Of a stretch of DNA of 64,000 nucleotides, positions 27,441 through 37,979 are shown piece after piece. Within the stretch, counting starts at the first letter, position 1; each line of letters starts with the position of its first letter. The position numbers and the translations under genes are program-made. The notes under the pieces are model-generated. The model was given only the letters and a program-made list of their open reading frames with translations, had not been told where the DNA came from and ran no database searches. This DNA comes from an uncultured Dysgonomonas sp. Its GTDB lineage: Bacteria; Bacteroidota; Bacteroidia; Bacteroidales; Dysgonomonadaceae. The stretch spans positions 1,170,871 through 1,234,870 of the forward strand of contig NZ_LT599032.1 of the NCBI RefSeq assembly GCF_900079725.1. Reading direction: 5' to 3'.

Positions 27441-28469
27441 ATGGAATACAGATTAAATAAATATATCAGCAACTCCGGATTCTGCTCCCGACGCGAAGCC
27501 GACCGATTCATAGAAGAAGGCCGTGTGACCATCAATGGTAAACGCGCCCAAGTGGGAATGCGGGTTCTGCCGGGGCAGAAAGTGAAGGTAAACGGAGAAC
27601 TCATCGTTAATAAAATCGAGCCGGTGTACATCGCTTTCAACAAGCCGGTAGGTATCGTCAGCACTACCGACCCGCAGGAAAGGGATAACATTATTAATTT
27701 CATCCGGCACGAACAACGGATATTTCCTATCGGACGACTTGATAAAGATTCTCAGGGGTTAATCCTGTTAACTAATGATGGTGACATCGTAAATAAAATA
27801 TTGCGTGCAGGAAACAATCATAAAAAAGATTACCTTGTAAAAGTAAACCGCCCTATTACAAAAGACTTTCTTACACGCATGGCACAGGGCGTGCCTATAC
27901 TGGACCGCGTTACCCGCCGATGCGAAATAGTAGAGATAAACCCTTACATGTTTCGCATATCGCTTATACAGGGACTAAACAGGCAGATCAGACGTATGTG
28001 CGAATATTTCGACTATGAGGTACTCAAACTGGAACGCATACAGATAATGAATATCAAACTCGGCGATCTGGGACAAGGCAACTGGCGCAACCTGACACAG
28101 ACTGAGCTGGAAGGACTTTTCGATATGCTGGAAAACTCCGAAAAAACTCAGACGGCTAAGGCTCCGAGTAATAAGGCTTTTAATAAAGCCCTTGAAGAAT
28201 TCGATATAAAGACTGATTACAGAAAAGCCAGCATTGCTGCAAAGTATGGAAAAACTGACAAAGTAAATAAACCTAGTAGTACCAATAAAAAGACTTCAAA
28301 TATCCCTGCTGCCCCCTCTGACGAAAGTGAACAAAAGGCAAAACCCAAACGAAAAGGCAAACCTGCCAGCGGACTACGTGTAGGCAAGCAAAAAGTAGCT
28401 GCGAACAAACCAAAAGGGGGATCAAAACCGAAACCAAAGAGCAAATCTAAAAAGAAACCTCTGAACTAG
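27441..28469 (+). CDS. rluF: 23S rRNA pseudouridine synthase, RluF-like, with a Lys-rich C-terminal tail
   Basis: 342 aa. S4 domain ([33 protein letters not shown]), RsuA/RluB/F catalytic motif ([17 protein letters not shown]), and about 110 aa of K/P/S-rich low complexity at the C-terminus. Confidence 0.8.
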   Translation: MEYRLNKYISNSGFCSRREADRFIEEGRVTINGKRAQVGMRVLPGQKVKVNGELIVNKIEPVYIAFNKPVGIVSTTDPQERDNIINFIRHEQRIFPIGRLDKDSQGLILLTNDGDIVNKILRAGNNHKKDYLVKVNRPITKDFLTRMAQGVPILDRVTRRCEIVEINPYMFRISLIQGLNRQIRRMCEYFDYEVLKLERIQIMNIKLGDLGQGNWRNLTQTELEGLFDMLENSEKTQTAKAPSNKAFNKALEEFDIKTDYRKASIAAKYGKTDKVNKPSSTNKKTSNIPAAPSDESEQKAKPKRKGKPASGLRVGKQKVAANKPKGGSKPKPKSKSKKKPLN

Positions 28470-28520
28470 AGTCATTTTCTTTTATAGTTTAATTTAGGAT
28501 AAATACATCAAAATCCAGAT

Positions 28521-28595
28521 ATTGTGGGCAGGGGCGAAAAATCTTTCGCCCGCAGATTTCTTTCATTCCGGGCGAATGTTATTCACCCCTACAAT
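28521..28595. repeat. GC-rich double-hairpin (REP-like) element
   Basis: GGGCGAAA/TTTCGCCC (28532-28539 / 28544-28551) and GGGCGAAT/ATTCACCC (28570-28577 / 28581-28588) are enclosed by ATTGT/ACAAT (28521-28525 / 28591-28595). Confidence 0.6.
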
Positions 28596-28665
28596 ATACC
28601 CTGACAATGATTATATTTTTGACTCCTTTACCTTAAATATTTATATTATTTATAATTCTTTTCAC

Positions 28666-28673
28666 TACCTTTG
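28666..28673 (+). promoter_or_regulatory. candidate -7 box (TAccTTTG) for purL
   Basis: Exact TAnnTTTG match 42 bp upstream of the ATG at 28716. Confidence 0.45.
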
Positions 28674-28715
28674 TATGCCTATTAAAAAGTCAATTTATTA
28701 ACTTGAAATAAAAAT

Positions 28716-31700
28716 ATGGTTTCCTTCTTTCAAACCCCTTCCAAGAACATCATTGCTGTTCAAACAAACTCAAGTCTTAACGCCGATTTTATCCAACGCC
28801 TCACATGGGCATTCAGTGGTGCAACCTTGCTCGAAGCAGAAAATGTTCCGGGCTTTTTTGTTGGACCGCGCCGCGAAATGATTACACCATGGAGCACCAA
28901 TGCTGTGGAGATCACGCAGAATATGGGTATCGACGGAATCGTACGTATCGAGGAATTTTTTCCGGCAGATACAAACGATGCTAAACACGACCCGATGCTT
29001 CAACGCATCTATGACGGGCTTAATCAGGAAATATTCAATATTTACAAACAACCTGAACCCATTATCGAAATAGATGATATAGAAACATACAATAAGCAGG
29101 AAGGCCTTGCCCTTAGCGAAGATGAAATAGAATATCTGAACGAAGTAAGCAAAAGACTGAACAGGAAACTGACCGACAGCGAAGTATTCGGATTCTCACA
29201 GGTAAATTCGGAACATTGCCGTCACAAGATTTTCAACGGTACATTTATCATCGACGGAGAAGAAAAAGAAAGTTCGCTTTTCAAATTAATAAAGAAAACA
29301 TCGCAGGTAAACCCCAACAAGCTGGTATCGGCATACAAAGACAATGTAGCCTTCAGCCAGGGACCGGAGATAGAACAATTTGCACCGGAAAAAGGAGAAG
29401 AACCAAGCCTTTATCAGAAAAAAACAATCAAATCGGTTATCTCTCTGAAAGCCGAGACCCATAACTTCCCTACTACCGTAGAGCCTTTCAATGGCGCTGC
29501 TACCGGTTCGGGAGGTGAAATCCGTGACCGTCTGGGCGGAGGAAAGGCATCCCTGCCAATTGCGGGAACTGCCGTATATATGACATCCTACCCACGCACA
29601 AAAGCAGGTAAAGCATGGGAAGAAACTATGCCGGAGCGCCCTTGGCTATACCAAACACCGGAAGAAATACTTATCAAGGCATCGAACGGAGCGTCCGATT
29701 TCGGAAACAAATTCGGGCAACCGCTTATCTGCGGTTCCTTACTTACATTCGAGCATCAGGAAAACCAAAAGAAATTTGCATACGATAAAGTAATCATGCT
29801 TGCCGGTGGTGTCGGCTTTGCGAACAAACGCGACGCGCTGAAAGGCGAACCGAAACCTGGCGAAAAAGTGGTTATCCTCGGAGGAGACAATTATCGCATC
29901 GGTATGGGTGGAGGCGCTGTATCGTCAGTAGATACAGGACAATACTCAAGCGGTATAGAACTGAACGCCGTACAACGTGCCAATCCCGAAATGCAGAAAC
30001 GTACTGCAAATGTGATACGTGCATTGGCTGAGTCGGATAACAATCCGGTTGTCTCCATTCACGACCACGGTGCAGGAGGACACCTGAACTGTCTTTCGGA
30101 GCTTGTAGAAGCTACCGGAGGAAAAATAGACATATCCAAACTTCCTATCGGCGACCCTACCCTATCGTCAAAAGAAATTGTAGGAAATGAGAGCCAGGAA
30201 CGTATGGGCTTGCTTATCCCTGCCGACGCTGCCGACAGGATTAAACGCATTGCGGAACGCGAACGCTCTCCTATGTATGTTGTAGGAGAAACCACAAACG
30301 ATATGAAATTTGTTTTCGAACAGGCTGACGGCAAACGTCCTATCGACCTTAAACTGGAAGACTTCTTCGGAAAAGCGCCGAAAACAATCATGCGCGACGA
30401 GACAATCGACGAGGTTTATGCAAATCCTGAATATGATCTATCCAAACTGGAAGAATATATAAAGAACGTACTTCAACTGGAAGCTGTTGCCTGCAAAGAC
30501 TGGTTGACAAATAAAGTAGACCGTTCGGTTACAGGTAAGGTTGCACGCCAGCAAACACAGGGAGAAATCCAGTTGCCGCTAAGCGACCTTGGTGCTGTAG
30601 CCCTCGATTATAAAGGGAAGGCTGGTATCGCCACATCTATAGGTCATGCACCACAGGCTGCGATGGTAGACCCTGCTGCAGGTTCTGTACTGGCAATAGC
30701 CGAATCGTTGACTAACATCATCTTCGCCCCGATCGAGGATGGACTGAAAGGAATTTCATTGAGTGCAAACTGGATGTGGCCTTGCAAGAATCCGGGAGAA
30801 GACGCAAGATTATATAAAGCAGTAGAGGCTTGTTCAGAATTTGCCTGCGAACTGGGAATAAACATCCCGACAGGCAAAGACTCTCTGTCGATGACACAGA
30901 AATATGGAGATGACAAAGTATATTCACCGGGTACTGTGATTATATCGGCTGCGGGTGAAGTGAAAAATATCCGCAAGATCGTATCTCCGGTATTGGCATA
31001 TATCAAAGGTACTTACCTTTATTATATCGATTTTTCTTTCGACACCTTCAAACTTGGAGGTTCTGCTTTCGCTCAAACAATGAGCAAGCTGGGTGAAGAA
31101 GTTCCGACCGTGAAAGACCCTGAATATTTCAAAAACGCATTCAATGCAGTGCAGGAACTGATAGACAGGGGACTGGTACTTGCCGGACACGATATATCTG
31201 CCGGAGGACTTGTAACAGCCATGCTGGAAATGTGTTTTGCCAATCCGCAGGGAGGACTCGAAGCACGTCTCGACAAACTGCACCATGCAGACCTGATTAA
31301 AGTGTTATTCTCTGAAAATCCGGGTATCCTAATTCAGGTGAAACATCACCATCTGGTGGAAAAAATACTGGACGATTACGGTATTGGTTTCGCCATCGTT
31401 GCCCGCCCGATAGAAGAGCGCAAATTCGTTATCCAAAAGGATGCTTTCAGCCAGGAATTCAATATAGACGAACTGCGTGATGCATGGTATGAACCATCAT
31501 ACCTTCTCGATAGGAAGCAGAGCACCGAAAAACTGGCTTTAGAACGTTTCGAAAACTATAAGAAGCAACCGCTTCAATTCAAGTTCAACCCTTCGTTTTC
31601 AGGTAAATTTGCTCAATACGGAATCGACCCTAATAGAACTGCCCCAACAGGGTTGAAAGCTGCTGTTATACGCGAAAAAGGTACAAACAGCGAACGTGAA

Positions 31701-32408
31701 ATGGCTTATTCCCTCCATCTTGCCGGTTTTGACGTAAGGGACGTACATATGACCGATTTAGCTTCGGGACGTGAAACGTTGGAAGACATCAATCTGATTG
31801 TATTCTGCGGAGGATTTTCCAACTCGGATGTACTTGGTTCGGCAAAAGGATGGGCCGGTAGTTTTATCTACAACGATAGAGCAAAAGAGACCCTTCGTAA
31901 ATATTACGAACGCAAAGATACACTGAGCCTCGGAGTATGTAACGGTTGCCAGCTGATGATGGAACTCGACCTCATTTATCCCGAACATGACAAACACCCG
32001 AAAATGGAACACAACACATCGCATAAGTTCGAATCGACTTATGTAAGCGTAGAAATTCCACAGAATAACTCTGTTATGTTGGGTTCACTATCAGGTAGTA
32101 CATTGGGTATATGGTCAGTACATGGCGAAGGACGTTTTGCAATGCCGAAGTCTGAATCCGAGTATAATGTAGTTGCCAAATACATCTACAGTGAATATCC
32201 GGGAAATCCAAACGGTTCCGACTATAACGTCACCGGTGTTGTTTCGAAAGACGGACGCCATCTGGCAATGATGCCTCACCTCGAACGTTCTCTATTCCCT
32301 TGGCAATGCGGGCACCATCCTTTCGAACATCGTAAAGATGATTTTACTCCTTGGATGGAGGCATTTGTAAATGCAAGGGAGTGGGTGAAGAAAGTGAAAA
32401 GTGAATGA
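28716..32408 (+). CDS. purL: phosphoribosylformylglycinamidine synthase, single-chain large form
   Basis: 1230 aa. FGAM synthetase AIR-synthase-like repeats (ETHNFPTTVEPFNGAATGSGGEIRD, DHGAGGHLNC) and a C-terminal GATase-1 domain (GVCNGCQLM). Confidence 0.95.
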   Translation: MVSFFQTPSKNIIAVQTNSSLNADFIQRLTWAFSGATLLEAENVPGFFVGPRREMITPWSTNAVEITQNMGIDGIVRIEEFFPADTNDAKHDPMLQRIYDGLNQEIFNIYKQPEPIIEIDDIETYNKQEGLALSEDEIEYLNEVSKRLNRKLTDSEVFGFSQVNSEHCRHKIFNGTFIIDGEEKESSLFKLIKKTSQVNPNKLVSAYKDNVAFSQGPEIEQFAPEKGEEPSLYQKKTIKSVISLKAETHNFPTTVEPFNGAATGSGGEIRDRLGGGKASLPIAGTAVYMTSYPRTKAGKAWEETMPERPWLYQTPEEILIKASNGASDFGNKFGQPLICGSLLTFEHQENQKKFAYDKVIMLAGGVGFANKRDALKGEPKPGEKVVILGGDNYRIGMGGGAVSSVDTGQYSSGIELNAVQRANPEMQKRTANVIRALAESDNNPVVSIHDHGAGGHLNCLSELVEATGGKIDISKLPIGDPTLSSKEIVGNESQERMGLLIPADAADRIKRIAERERSPMYVVGETTNDMKFVFEQADGKRPIDLKLEDFFGKAPKTIMRDETIDEVYANPEYDLSKLEEYIKNVLQLEAVACKDWLTNKVDRSVTGKVARQQTQGEIQLPLSDLGAVALDYKGKAGIATSIGHAPQAAMVDPAAGSVLAIAESLTNIIFAPIEDGLKGISLSANWMWPCKNPGEDARLYKAVEACSEFACELGINIPTGKDSLSMTQKYGDDKVYSPGTVIISAAGEVKNIRKIVSPVLAYIKGTYLYYIDFSFDTFKLGGSAFAQTMSKLGEEVPTVKDPEYFKNAFNAVQELIDRGLVLAGHDISAGGLVTAMLEMCFANPQGGLEARLDKLHHADLIKVLFSENPGILIQVKHHHLVEKILDDYGIGFAIVARPIEERKFVIQKDAFSQEFNIDELRDAWYEPSYLLDRKQSTEKLALERFENYKKQPLQFKFNPSFSGKFAQYGIDPNRTAPTGLKAAVIREKGTNSEREMAYSLHLAGFDVRDVHMTDLASGRETLEDINLIVFCGGFSNSDVLGSAKGWAGSFIYNDRAKETLRKYYERKDTLSLGVCNGCQLMMELDLIYPEHDKHPKMEHNTSHKFESTYVSVEIPQNNSVMLGSLSGSTLGIWSVHGEGRFAMPKSESEYNVVAKYIYSEYPGNPNGSDYNVTGVVSKDGRHLAMMPHLERSLFPWQCGHHPFEHRKDDFTPWMEAFVNAREWVKKVKSE

Positions 32409-32446
32409 GCCCCCTAAATCCCCCAAGGGGGACTTGCAATGAGAGT
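32409..32446. repeat. fragment of the mosaic repeat family (GC-rich hairpin word)
   Basis: GCCCCCTAAATCCCCCAAGGGGGACTTGCAATGAGAG is a near-exact reverse complement of 27225-27268 (CTCTCTGTAAGTCCCCTTTGGGGGATTTAGGGGGC). Confidence 0.65.
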
Positions 32447-32465
32447 ATAAGCTAAGATAATAAAA

Positions 32466-32493
32466 AGGCATGGGTTTACAGCCTGTGCCTTTT
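32466..32493 (+). terminator. rho-independent terminator after purL
   Basis: AGGCATGGG (32466-32474) pairs with GCCTGTGCCT (9 bp including two G-U), followed by TTTT. It overlaps the track start of the next ORF, which argues for the later ATG at 32527. Confidence 0.6.
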
Positions 32494-32526
32494 ATCCTTA
32501 TAATTGTAAATCATATCCTTGCACCA

Positions 32527-34005
32527 ATGACTAAAAACAACGATACATCAACCTCTTTCTTTTCGTTACTGAAAGCGAAAGAGCAACGAATAGACTGGAT
32601 TATACTAATCCTTAGTTGTATAATCGGATATATCGTACTGAAAATATGCTATCCTTACCCTGCTACGATTTCCGATTCGGGTACGTATGTGCATGCGGCC
32701 GCTGAAGATATGTTTACTTTCTACCGCCCGTTCGGATATTCATACTTCCTGCAGATAGTGCATGCCATATCCGGCAGTATCCATGCGGTATTTATTGTAC
32801 AAACTATATTGTATTTCTTTTCGGTTGCAGCATTTTCCTTTGTATTGAAATATGTAATTCCGCCTATAAGCTCTATATTCTGGCGAATTCTGTTGTTTCT
32901 GTTTGTTTTCAGCCCGGTTGCGTTGTATATGTCGAATGCATTGATGAGCGACTTGCTGTTTGCCATAATGATCTATTTTATGCTGGCATCGTTCATCTAC
33001 TTTATCAAGATACAGGGATGGGTAGCACTTTGCCTGTTCGTCCTGTCATTATTCTTCGCTTTGCATATTCGCTATTCGGCCATTATGTTCCCTGTGCTGT
33101 TTGTATGCTTTTTCTTTATGGTAAAAGGAAAGATGCGCTGGATAGGCATAGCTATGACACTGGCCGTAACACTCATTTTTTACAATCAGGTAAAAAATGA
33201 CATGCGTAAAACTACGGGATTCAACCAGTTTTCGACAGGATTCGATGGATGGCAACTGGCAAACAACGCTATGCATGTAGTGCCTTACATAGACCTGAAG
33301 CCTGAAAAGATAAAAGACCCCGAAATGAGAATATTGCATCAGTATATGCTCACGCAAACCGATGTAATAAAAGAACGGACAAAAGACGGCTCGGAAGCCG
33401 TTGCCGCATTTATGTGGATAAACGACCTGCCGCTGAAGCAGTTTATGTTTTCATATATCCAGCAGACTAGACAAGGGTATTCACCTTCGTGGATATGGCT
33501 GGGAAGCCGCAATTACAAAGAATATGGCACTTATATTATCAGCCACTATCCTTTGCAGTTTGCACGATACTATTATCTGCCAAACAGTAAGGAAGTATTC
33601 TATCCCGACCACCACGAAATTATCGGGAAGTATTATCCTATAAATATGAAAAATGTATTGGAATGGTACAAAATTCCTGAGGATACTAATATGGATGCTA
33701 AATACACCCTTTATAGTGATTATTTAGATAAACCGATAACAATATCCTTCCTCATTACATGGCTTATTATCGCCGTAGCTGCTGTACTTTCCATAGTATG
33801 GAGAAAACAGTTGGTATGGGGAGAGAATGAGCGCAAGATATTCTGTATAATCGCCACAGTAGGAATAATATATTATGCTGCTACCACGTTTGCCAGTCCC
33901 GTTTCCACACGATTCTGGATACCGATGAACGCTGTTTTCTTCGGAGTTGTATATATATTGTACAATCGGATAATTACATATAAGAAAGGGAAGAATAAAG
34001 AATAA
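32527..34005 (+). CDS. polytopic membrane protein, possibly a glycosyl- or lipid-transferase-type enzyme
   Basis: Start moved to MTKNN. Roughly nine TM helices in the N-terminal half, a soluble middle region and C-terminal TM helices. I am not sure of any family motif. Confidence 0.55.
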   Translation: MTKNNDTSTSFFSLLKAKEQRIDWIILILSCIIGYIVLKICYPYPATISDSGTYVHAAAEDMFTFYRPFGYSYFLQIVHAISGSIHAVFIVQTILYFFSVAAFSFVLKYVIPPISSIFWRILLFLFVFSPVALYMSNALMSDLLFAIMIYFMLASFIYFIKIQGWVALCLFVLSLFFALHIRYSAIMFPVLFVCFFFMVKGKMRWIGIAMTLAVTLIFYNQVKNDMRKTTGFNQFSTGFDGWQLANNAMHVVPYIDLKPEKIKDPEMRILHQYMLTQTDVIKERTKDGSEAVAAFMWINDLPLKQFMFSYIQQTRQGYSPSWIWLGSRNYKEYGTYIISHYPLQFARYYYLPNSKEVFYPDHHEIIGKYYPINMKNVLEWYKIPEDTNMDAKYTLYSDYLDKPITISFLITWLIIAVAAVLSIVWRKQLVWGENERKIFCIIATVGIIYYAATTFASPVSTRFWIPMNAVFFGVVYILYNRIITYKKGKNKE

Positions 34006-34063
34006 AAAATAAGGTGCAAGTATGATACTTGCACCTTATTTTTTTATTACGGATATACCAAAG

Positions 34064-35230
34064 TTACTTCTTTGCACCAATCCATGTCGCCTTTTTCCAA
34101 ATATATTCCAATGGGCCATGCCTGTGCTTTTTCAGCCAGAAGTATGCAAATGTATACTGAATGGCAAAAATACCAAGCCCCACTAAGATGGAGAAAGTTA
34201 CCGATAATTCTTTAGCCAGCCCCAATCCCCAATTGTAAAATATAAATCCTCCTATTACAGATTGGGAAATATACATCGTCAAACTCATTTTTCCATAAGG
34301 CTCTAATTTAGACAACCACTTTCTGAAAGTACTTTTGTAATAGAAAAGCACGAATAAAGAAATGAGTATACACAAAAAAGCAAAAGACGAATAGCAACCA
34401 AGAACAATACTTAATTGATGCTGTACATTCGGGTTTTCGACAAACGTATTCATTATAGGGATAAGCCCTGCCAAAGGAAAGTAGCAGACGATACTTATCA
34501 TAAGCGTTTTACCCCAGAACCGGATATTTTTTTCAGTGTCAGCAAAGAGCCCCCTCCTACCTATCAGCATACCAAACAAGAACAATGCCGCTACCTGAAA
34601 TACACGGCCTTGGCATGTCCACCACAGGAAGCTATACAATTGGCTGTTGACAACGCCTGTAACCATATCCATAAAATTACCGCTCCTCATTACAGTCAGG
34701 GTTTGCAGATAGAAAGGAACATGTGGCTGCGCCTCGAGAGGTAATTCGGCATTGAACAGGTAAAAAATGACTTTGCCCCATTGCAGTGGCATTAAGAAAA
34801 AGAAAACAGCCAGAATTAACACTGTTCTATCTGCTAGCTTTGTGGTTATAATTAGTAAAAAACCAAGCATGGAAAACAGAATGAGGACATCCCCCGTATA
34901 AAATATAGAATTAATTACTCCCCAACCAAAAAGAAGTACCAACCGCCATGCAAACCTTCCCCTGAAGTCTTTCCCTTTCTGCAATTGATTATCATTCTGG
35001 ATGAAAAAACTCAACCCGAAAAGCAGGGCGAATATTGCATAAGCCTTTCCTGCAAAGAGAAAAGGTATGGAGTTATTGAAAACAGAATCGGAAAATAATA
35101 ACAACCGGTTTTCGACTGCCGGATAATCAAAAAGATTAAATTGTTCGAGGCTATGCATCATCAGAATCCCCAGAATGGCAAACCCTCTCAATGCATCAAC
35201 AACATTGATACGTGCTGTAGTATTTTTCAT
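34064..35230 (-). CDS. DUF418/YeiB-like polytopic membrane protein
   Basis: 388 aa. The N-terminus (RINVVDALRGFAILGILMMH) and about ten TM helices are typical of DUF418 and acyltransferase_3-like proteins. Confidence 0.7.
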   Translation of the reverse strand: MKNTTARINVVDALRGFAILGILMMHSLEQFNLFDYPAVENRLLLFSDSVFNNSIPFLFAGKAYAIFALLFGLSFFIQNDNQLQKGKDFRGRFAWRLVLLFGWGVINSIFYTGDVLILFSMLGFLLIITTKLADRTVLILAVFFFLMPLQWGKVIFYLFNAELPLEAQPHVPFYLQTLTVMRSGNFMDMVTGVVNSQLYSFLWWTCQGRVFQVAALFLFGMLIGRRGLFADTEKNIRFWGKTLMISIVCYFPLAGLIPIMNTFVENPNVQHQLSIVLGCYSSFAFLCILISLFVLFYYKSTFRKWLSKLEPYGKMSLTMYISQSVIGGFIFYNWGLGLAKELSVTFSILVGLGIFAIQYTFAYFWLKKHRHGPLEYIWKKATWIGAKK

Positions 35231-35389
35231 TATTATTGGGCTTTATATAGAAATAAAGTACAAAACTATTATAATTATTTAGAAACACAGCCTTTCCCCA
35301 TTATTATATTAATAGAAGTCCATCTATCTAATGATAAAATGATAAAGCGGAAAATCGTATATTTGCACTTTAAATAAATTGAATAATGT

Positions 35390-35800
35390 ATGGCAGAATC
35401 CATATTTGAATACAAATTGAAGGTGCGCGACTACGAATGCGATGCACAAGGCATAGTAAATAATGCCAATTACCAGCATTATTACGAAGTAGTGCGTCAC
35501 GAATTCCTGGAACAACACGGATTGAATTTCTATGAATTACATGAGCAAGGTATAGATGCAGTAGTAGTGAGTGTTTATATACGGTACAAACATTCCCTGC
35601 GCGGAGCCAACGACTTTGTATGCACTATCGATTCCATTGAAAAAGATGGCATCCGCTATATTTTCAATCAGAAAATCATTCGTCTGAAAGACAATAAAGT
35701 CTGCTCGACAGCGAGGGTAGAAACAGCCTGTATGGTAAACGGGAAAGTGGGAAAACCTGAATTATTCGATAAAGTTCTCGGACATTTGCTAACAAGCTAA
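35390..35800 (+). CDS. hotdog-fold acyl-CoA thioesterase (YbgC/4HBT family), copy 1
   Basis: 136 aa. VRDYECDAQGIVNNANYQHYYEVVRHEFLE contains the catalytic Asp context of 4HBT-class thioesterases. Confidence 0.8.
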   Translation: MAESIFEYKLKVRDYECDAQGIVNNANYQHYYEVVRHEFLEQHGLNFYELHEQGIDAVVVSVYIRYKHSLRGANDFVCTIDSIEKDGIRYIFNQKIIRLKDNKVCSTARVETACMVNGKVGKPELFDKVLGHLLTS

Positions 35801-35810
35801 ACATAAAATT

Positions 35811-36221
35811 ATGGCTCTAACTTTTGAAAACAACATGAAAGTACGCGACTACGAATGCGATTCGCAAGGTGTAGTCAACAATGCCATCTACCTGCATTAC
35901 TTCGAAGCGACCCGCCACGAACTGATGGAAAAATGCGGTTTGCGATTGCGTGATCTTACTGAGGCTAATATTATCCCGGTTGTACGTAATGCAAATATCA
36001 ATTACAGGAATTCTTTGCGAGGTTCAGAACACTTCATTTGCTCTGTCAGCATAGAACGCAAAGGCGTCAGATATTACTTTCATCAACAAATAATCCGTGT
36101 GCCCGACAACACTTTATGCGCCAGCGCTGTTATAGAGGTAGTCTGTTTGATGGATGGTAAGGTTTCTGCGCCCGAAATGTTCGACAAAGCTTTTGCAGAT
36201 TACATAGATTGGAATAAATAA
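35811..36221 (+). CDS. hotdog-fold acyl-CoA thioesterase (YbgC/4HBT family), copy 2
   Basis: 136 aa. Collinear with copy 1 at roughly 45% identity by eye (VRDYECDSQGVVNNAIYLHYFEATRHELME). Confidence 0.8.
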   Translation: MALTFENNMKVRDYECDSQGVVNNAIYLHYFEATRHELMEKCGLRLRDLTEANIIPVVRNANINYRNSLRGSEHFICSVSIERKGVRYYFHQQIIRVPDNTLCASAVIEVVCLMDGKVSAPEMFDKAFADYIDWNK

Positions 36222-36282
36222 AGCCTCCCCAACTCCTCCAAGGACGGGCTAAAGTTAGTTTCTATAAAAAAATAAATATTTA

Positions 36283-36990
36283 ATGAGTAAAATTACGTTA
36301 TACATTGCCCGTCACGGCAAGACGATGATGAATACCCTCGACAGGGTACAGGGTTGGTGCGATTCACCGTTAACAAAAGAAGGGATAGATGTAGCCCGTT
36401 ATCTGGGTTACGGAATGAGCGATATAAATTTCCGTACTGCTTACTGCAGCGATCTGCGCAGGACTGTACAGACTACCAAGATAGTTCTGGGAGCCAAAGG
36501 ACAGGACGATATTCCTGTGATTGAGCTCGCGGGATTGCGCGAAGCATGCTTTGGTAGTTTCGAGGCTGACTTTAATCATCATATGTGGAACAGTGCCGCT
36601 TTATACCTCCACCACACATCTTCCGAAAGCATGATTAAAGCGATTATGGAGAAAGAAATCAGCTACCGGGAGGTACTCGATGCCGTCAAAAAACTGGATA
36701 AAATGGGCATGGCCGAAAACTTCTCCCAAGTAGAAGCACGCACACAGGAAAGCCTTCTCGAAATAGCAAAGAATGAGTCTCAGCACGGTGATGCTAATAT
36801 ATTGATTATCTCCCACGGAATGAGCATACTGGCTATGTTATTAGGCTTGGGAGGAGACAAATTATTCAAGAAGCCATTGGAAAATGCTGCTGTATGTAAA
36901 GTCATTTATCAGGATGGTAAGTTTACAGTGGAATCGATGGCAGATATGAGTTATGTGGAAAAAGGTAAAAAAGAAGCGGCTACAATATAA
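36283..36990 (+). CDS. histidine phosphatase (phosphoglycerate-mutase-like) family protein
   Basis: 235 aa with the RHG motif (YIARHGKT) and a distal SHG (IISHGMS). Confidence 0.85.
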   Translation: MSKITLYIARHGKTMMNTLDRVQGWCDSPLTKEGIDVARYLGYGMSDINFRTAYCSDLRRTVQTTKIVLGAKGQDDIPVIELAGLREACFGSFEADFNHHMWNSAALYLHHTSSESMIKAIMEKEISYREVLDAVKKLDKMGMAENFSQVEARTQESLLEIAKNESQHGDANILIISHGMSILAMLLGLGGDKLFKKPLENAAVCKVIYQDGKFTVESMADMSYVEKGKKEAATI

Positions 36991-36996
36991 AAAACA

Positions 36997-37926
36997 ATGA
37001 AAAAAGTATATATAATAATATTTCTCGCCTTATCAAGTATTGCTCTGTTTGCGCAAAAAGAAACAATACCTACATTTGCATATGATAGTACAGCTAATTT
37101 CCTGGGCAAAAATGCAATGGGATACACCGGGCAGGAACTATATCTGAAAGGACTGGATAAATCGTCCCAATCTTTCGGATATAGCGGCTTTATACTGAAA
37201 TATAAGAAAGACGACGACCTGCTGAACGACGAAAAGAATATATATAAGCCGAACGACAATTACAATTCCCGTTACGAAGACCTGGCAGGAAAGTATTTTC
37301 ATGTAATAGAAGTGATTCGACACCCGAAATCAAAAACAGAAGTAAAAGATTATAGTGACGAATTCTATCTGAAATTACAAGAGTTATCGAGTGGAGATAT
37401 AATGTACTATAAATACAGCGCAGAATCTGAATATACATTTCCTTTTATAGTAAAAGGCTTCTTCGAAAAGCAGAAAGAATTACTCACCGGAAAAGAATAT
37501 GTAATATCGGACGATATATTAAGAATGTCGCGTAATCTGGTTACAAGCAAGTCTCTGACTTTCACCACCGGGCAGACATGGAAATGTACGGATGTGACAA
37601 TGGATAATACAACTAATGAACTTTCATTGGTTCTGCAAAATGCAAAGGGTATAAAAACAGTTGTCCCCTATTCTGTTACACTAAATAATGAGAGTATAAA
37701 GAAAGTATATACCACAGCTGAAGCCTCAGCACTGACAAGAAAATATAATGCAAATAATTTTCGCCGTATCCTGCAAAACAAAATAAGGGTTGGGATGACA
37801 AAGGAAATGACCCGTCTGGCATGGGGTGAGCCTACTGAAATAAAAGAAAGCGGAAATACCGAACAATGGTTTTATCCTGCCGGAAACCTGACTTTCAGAG
37901 GAGATAAAATTACGAGTACAAAATAA
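36997..37926 (+). CDS. secreted protein of unknown function
   Basis: 309 aa with a signal peptide and good coding character. No motif recognised. Confidence 0.55.
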   Translation: MKKVYIIIFLALSSIALFAQKETIPTFAYDSTANFLGKNAMGYTGQELYLKGLDKSSQSFGYSGFILKYKKDDDLLNDEKNIYKPNDNYNSRYEDLAGKYFHVIEVIRHPKSKTEVKDYSDEFYLKLQELSSGDIMYYKYSAESEYTFPFIVKGFFEKQKELLTGKEYVISDDILRMSRNLVTSKSLTFTTGQTWKCTDVTMDNTTNELSLVLQNAKGIKTVVPYSVTLNNESIKKVYTTAEASALTRKYNANNFRRILQNKIRVGMTKEMTRLAWGEPTEIKESGNTEQWFYPAGNLTFRGDKITSTK

Positions 37927-37979
37927 GTAACTGTTACTAAGTTCCAATTACTTAAAACTGTATATTTAAATATAGATAG

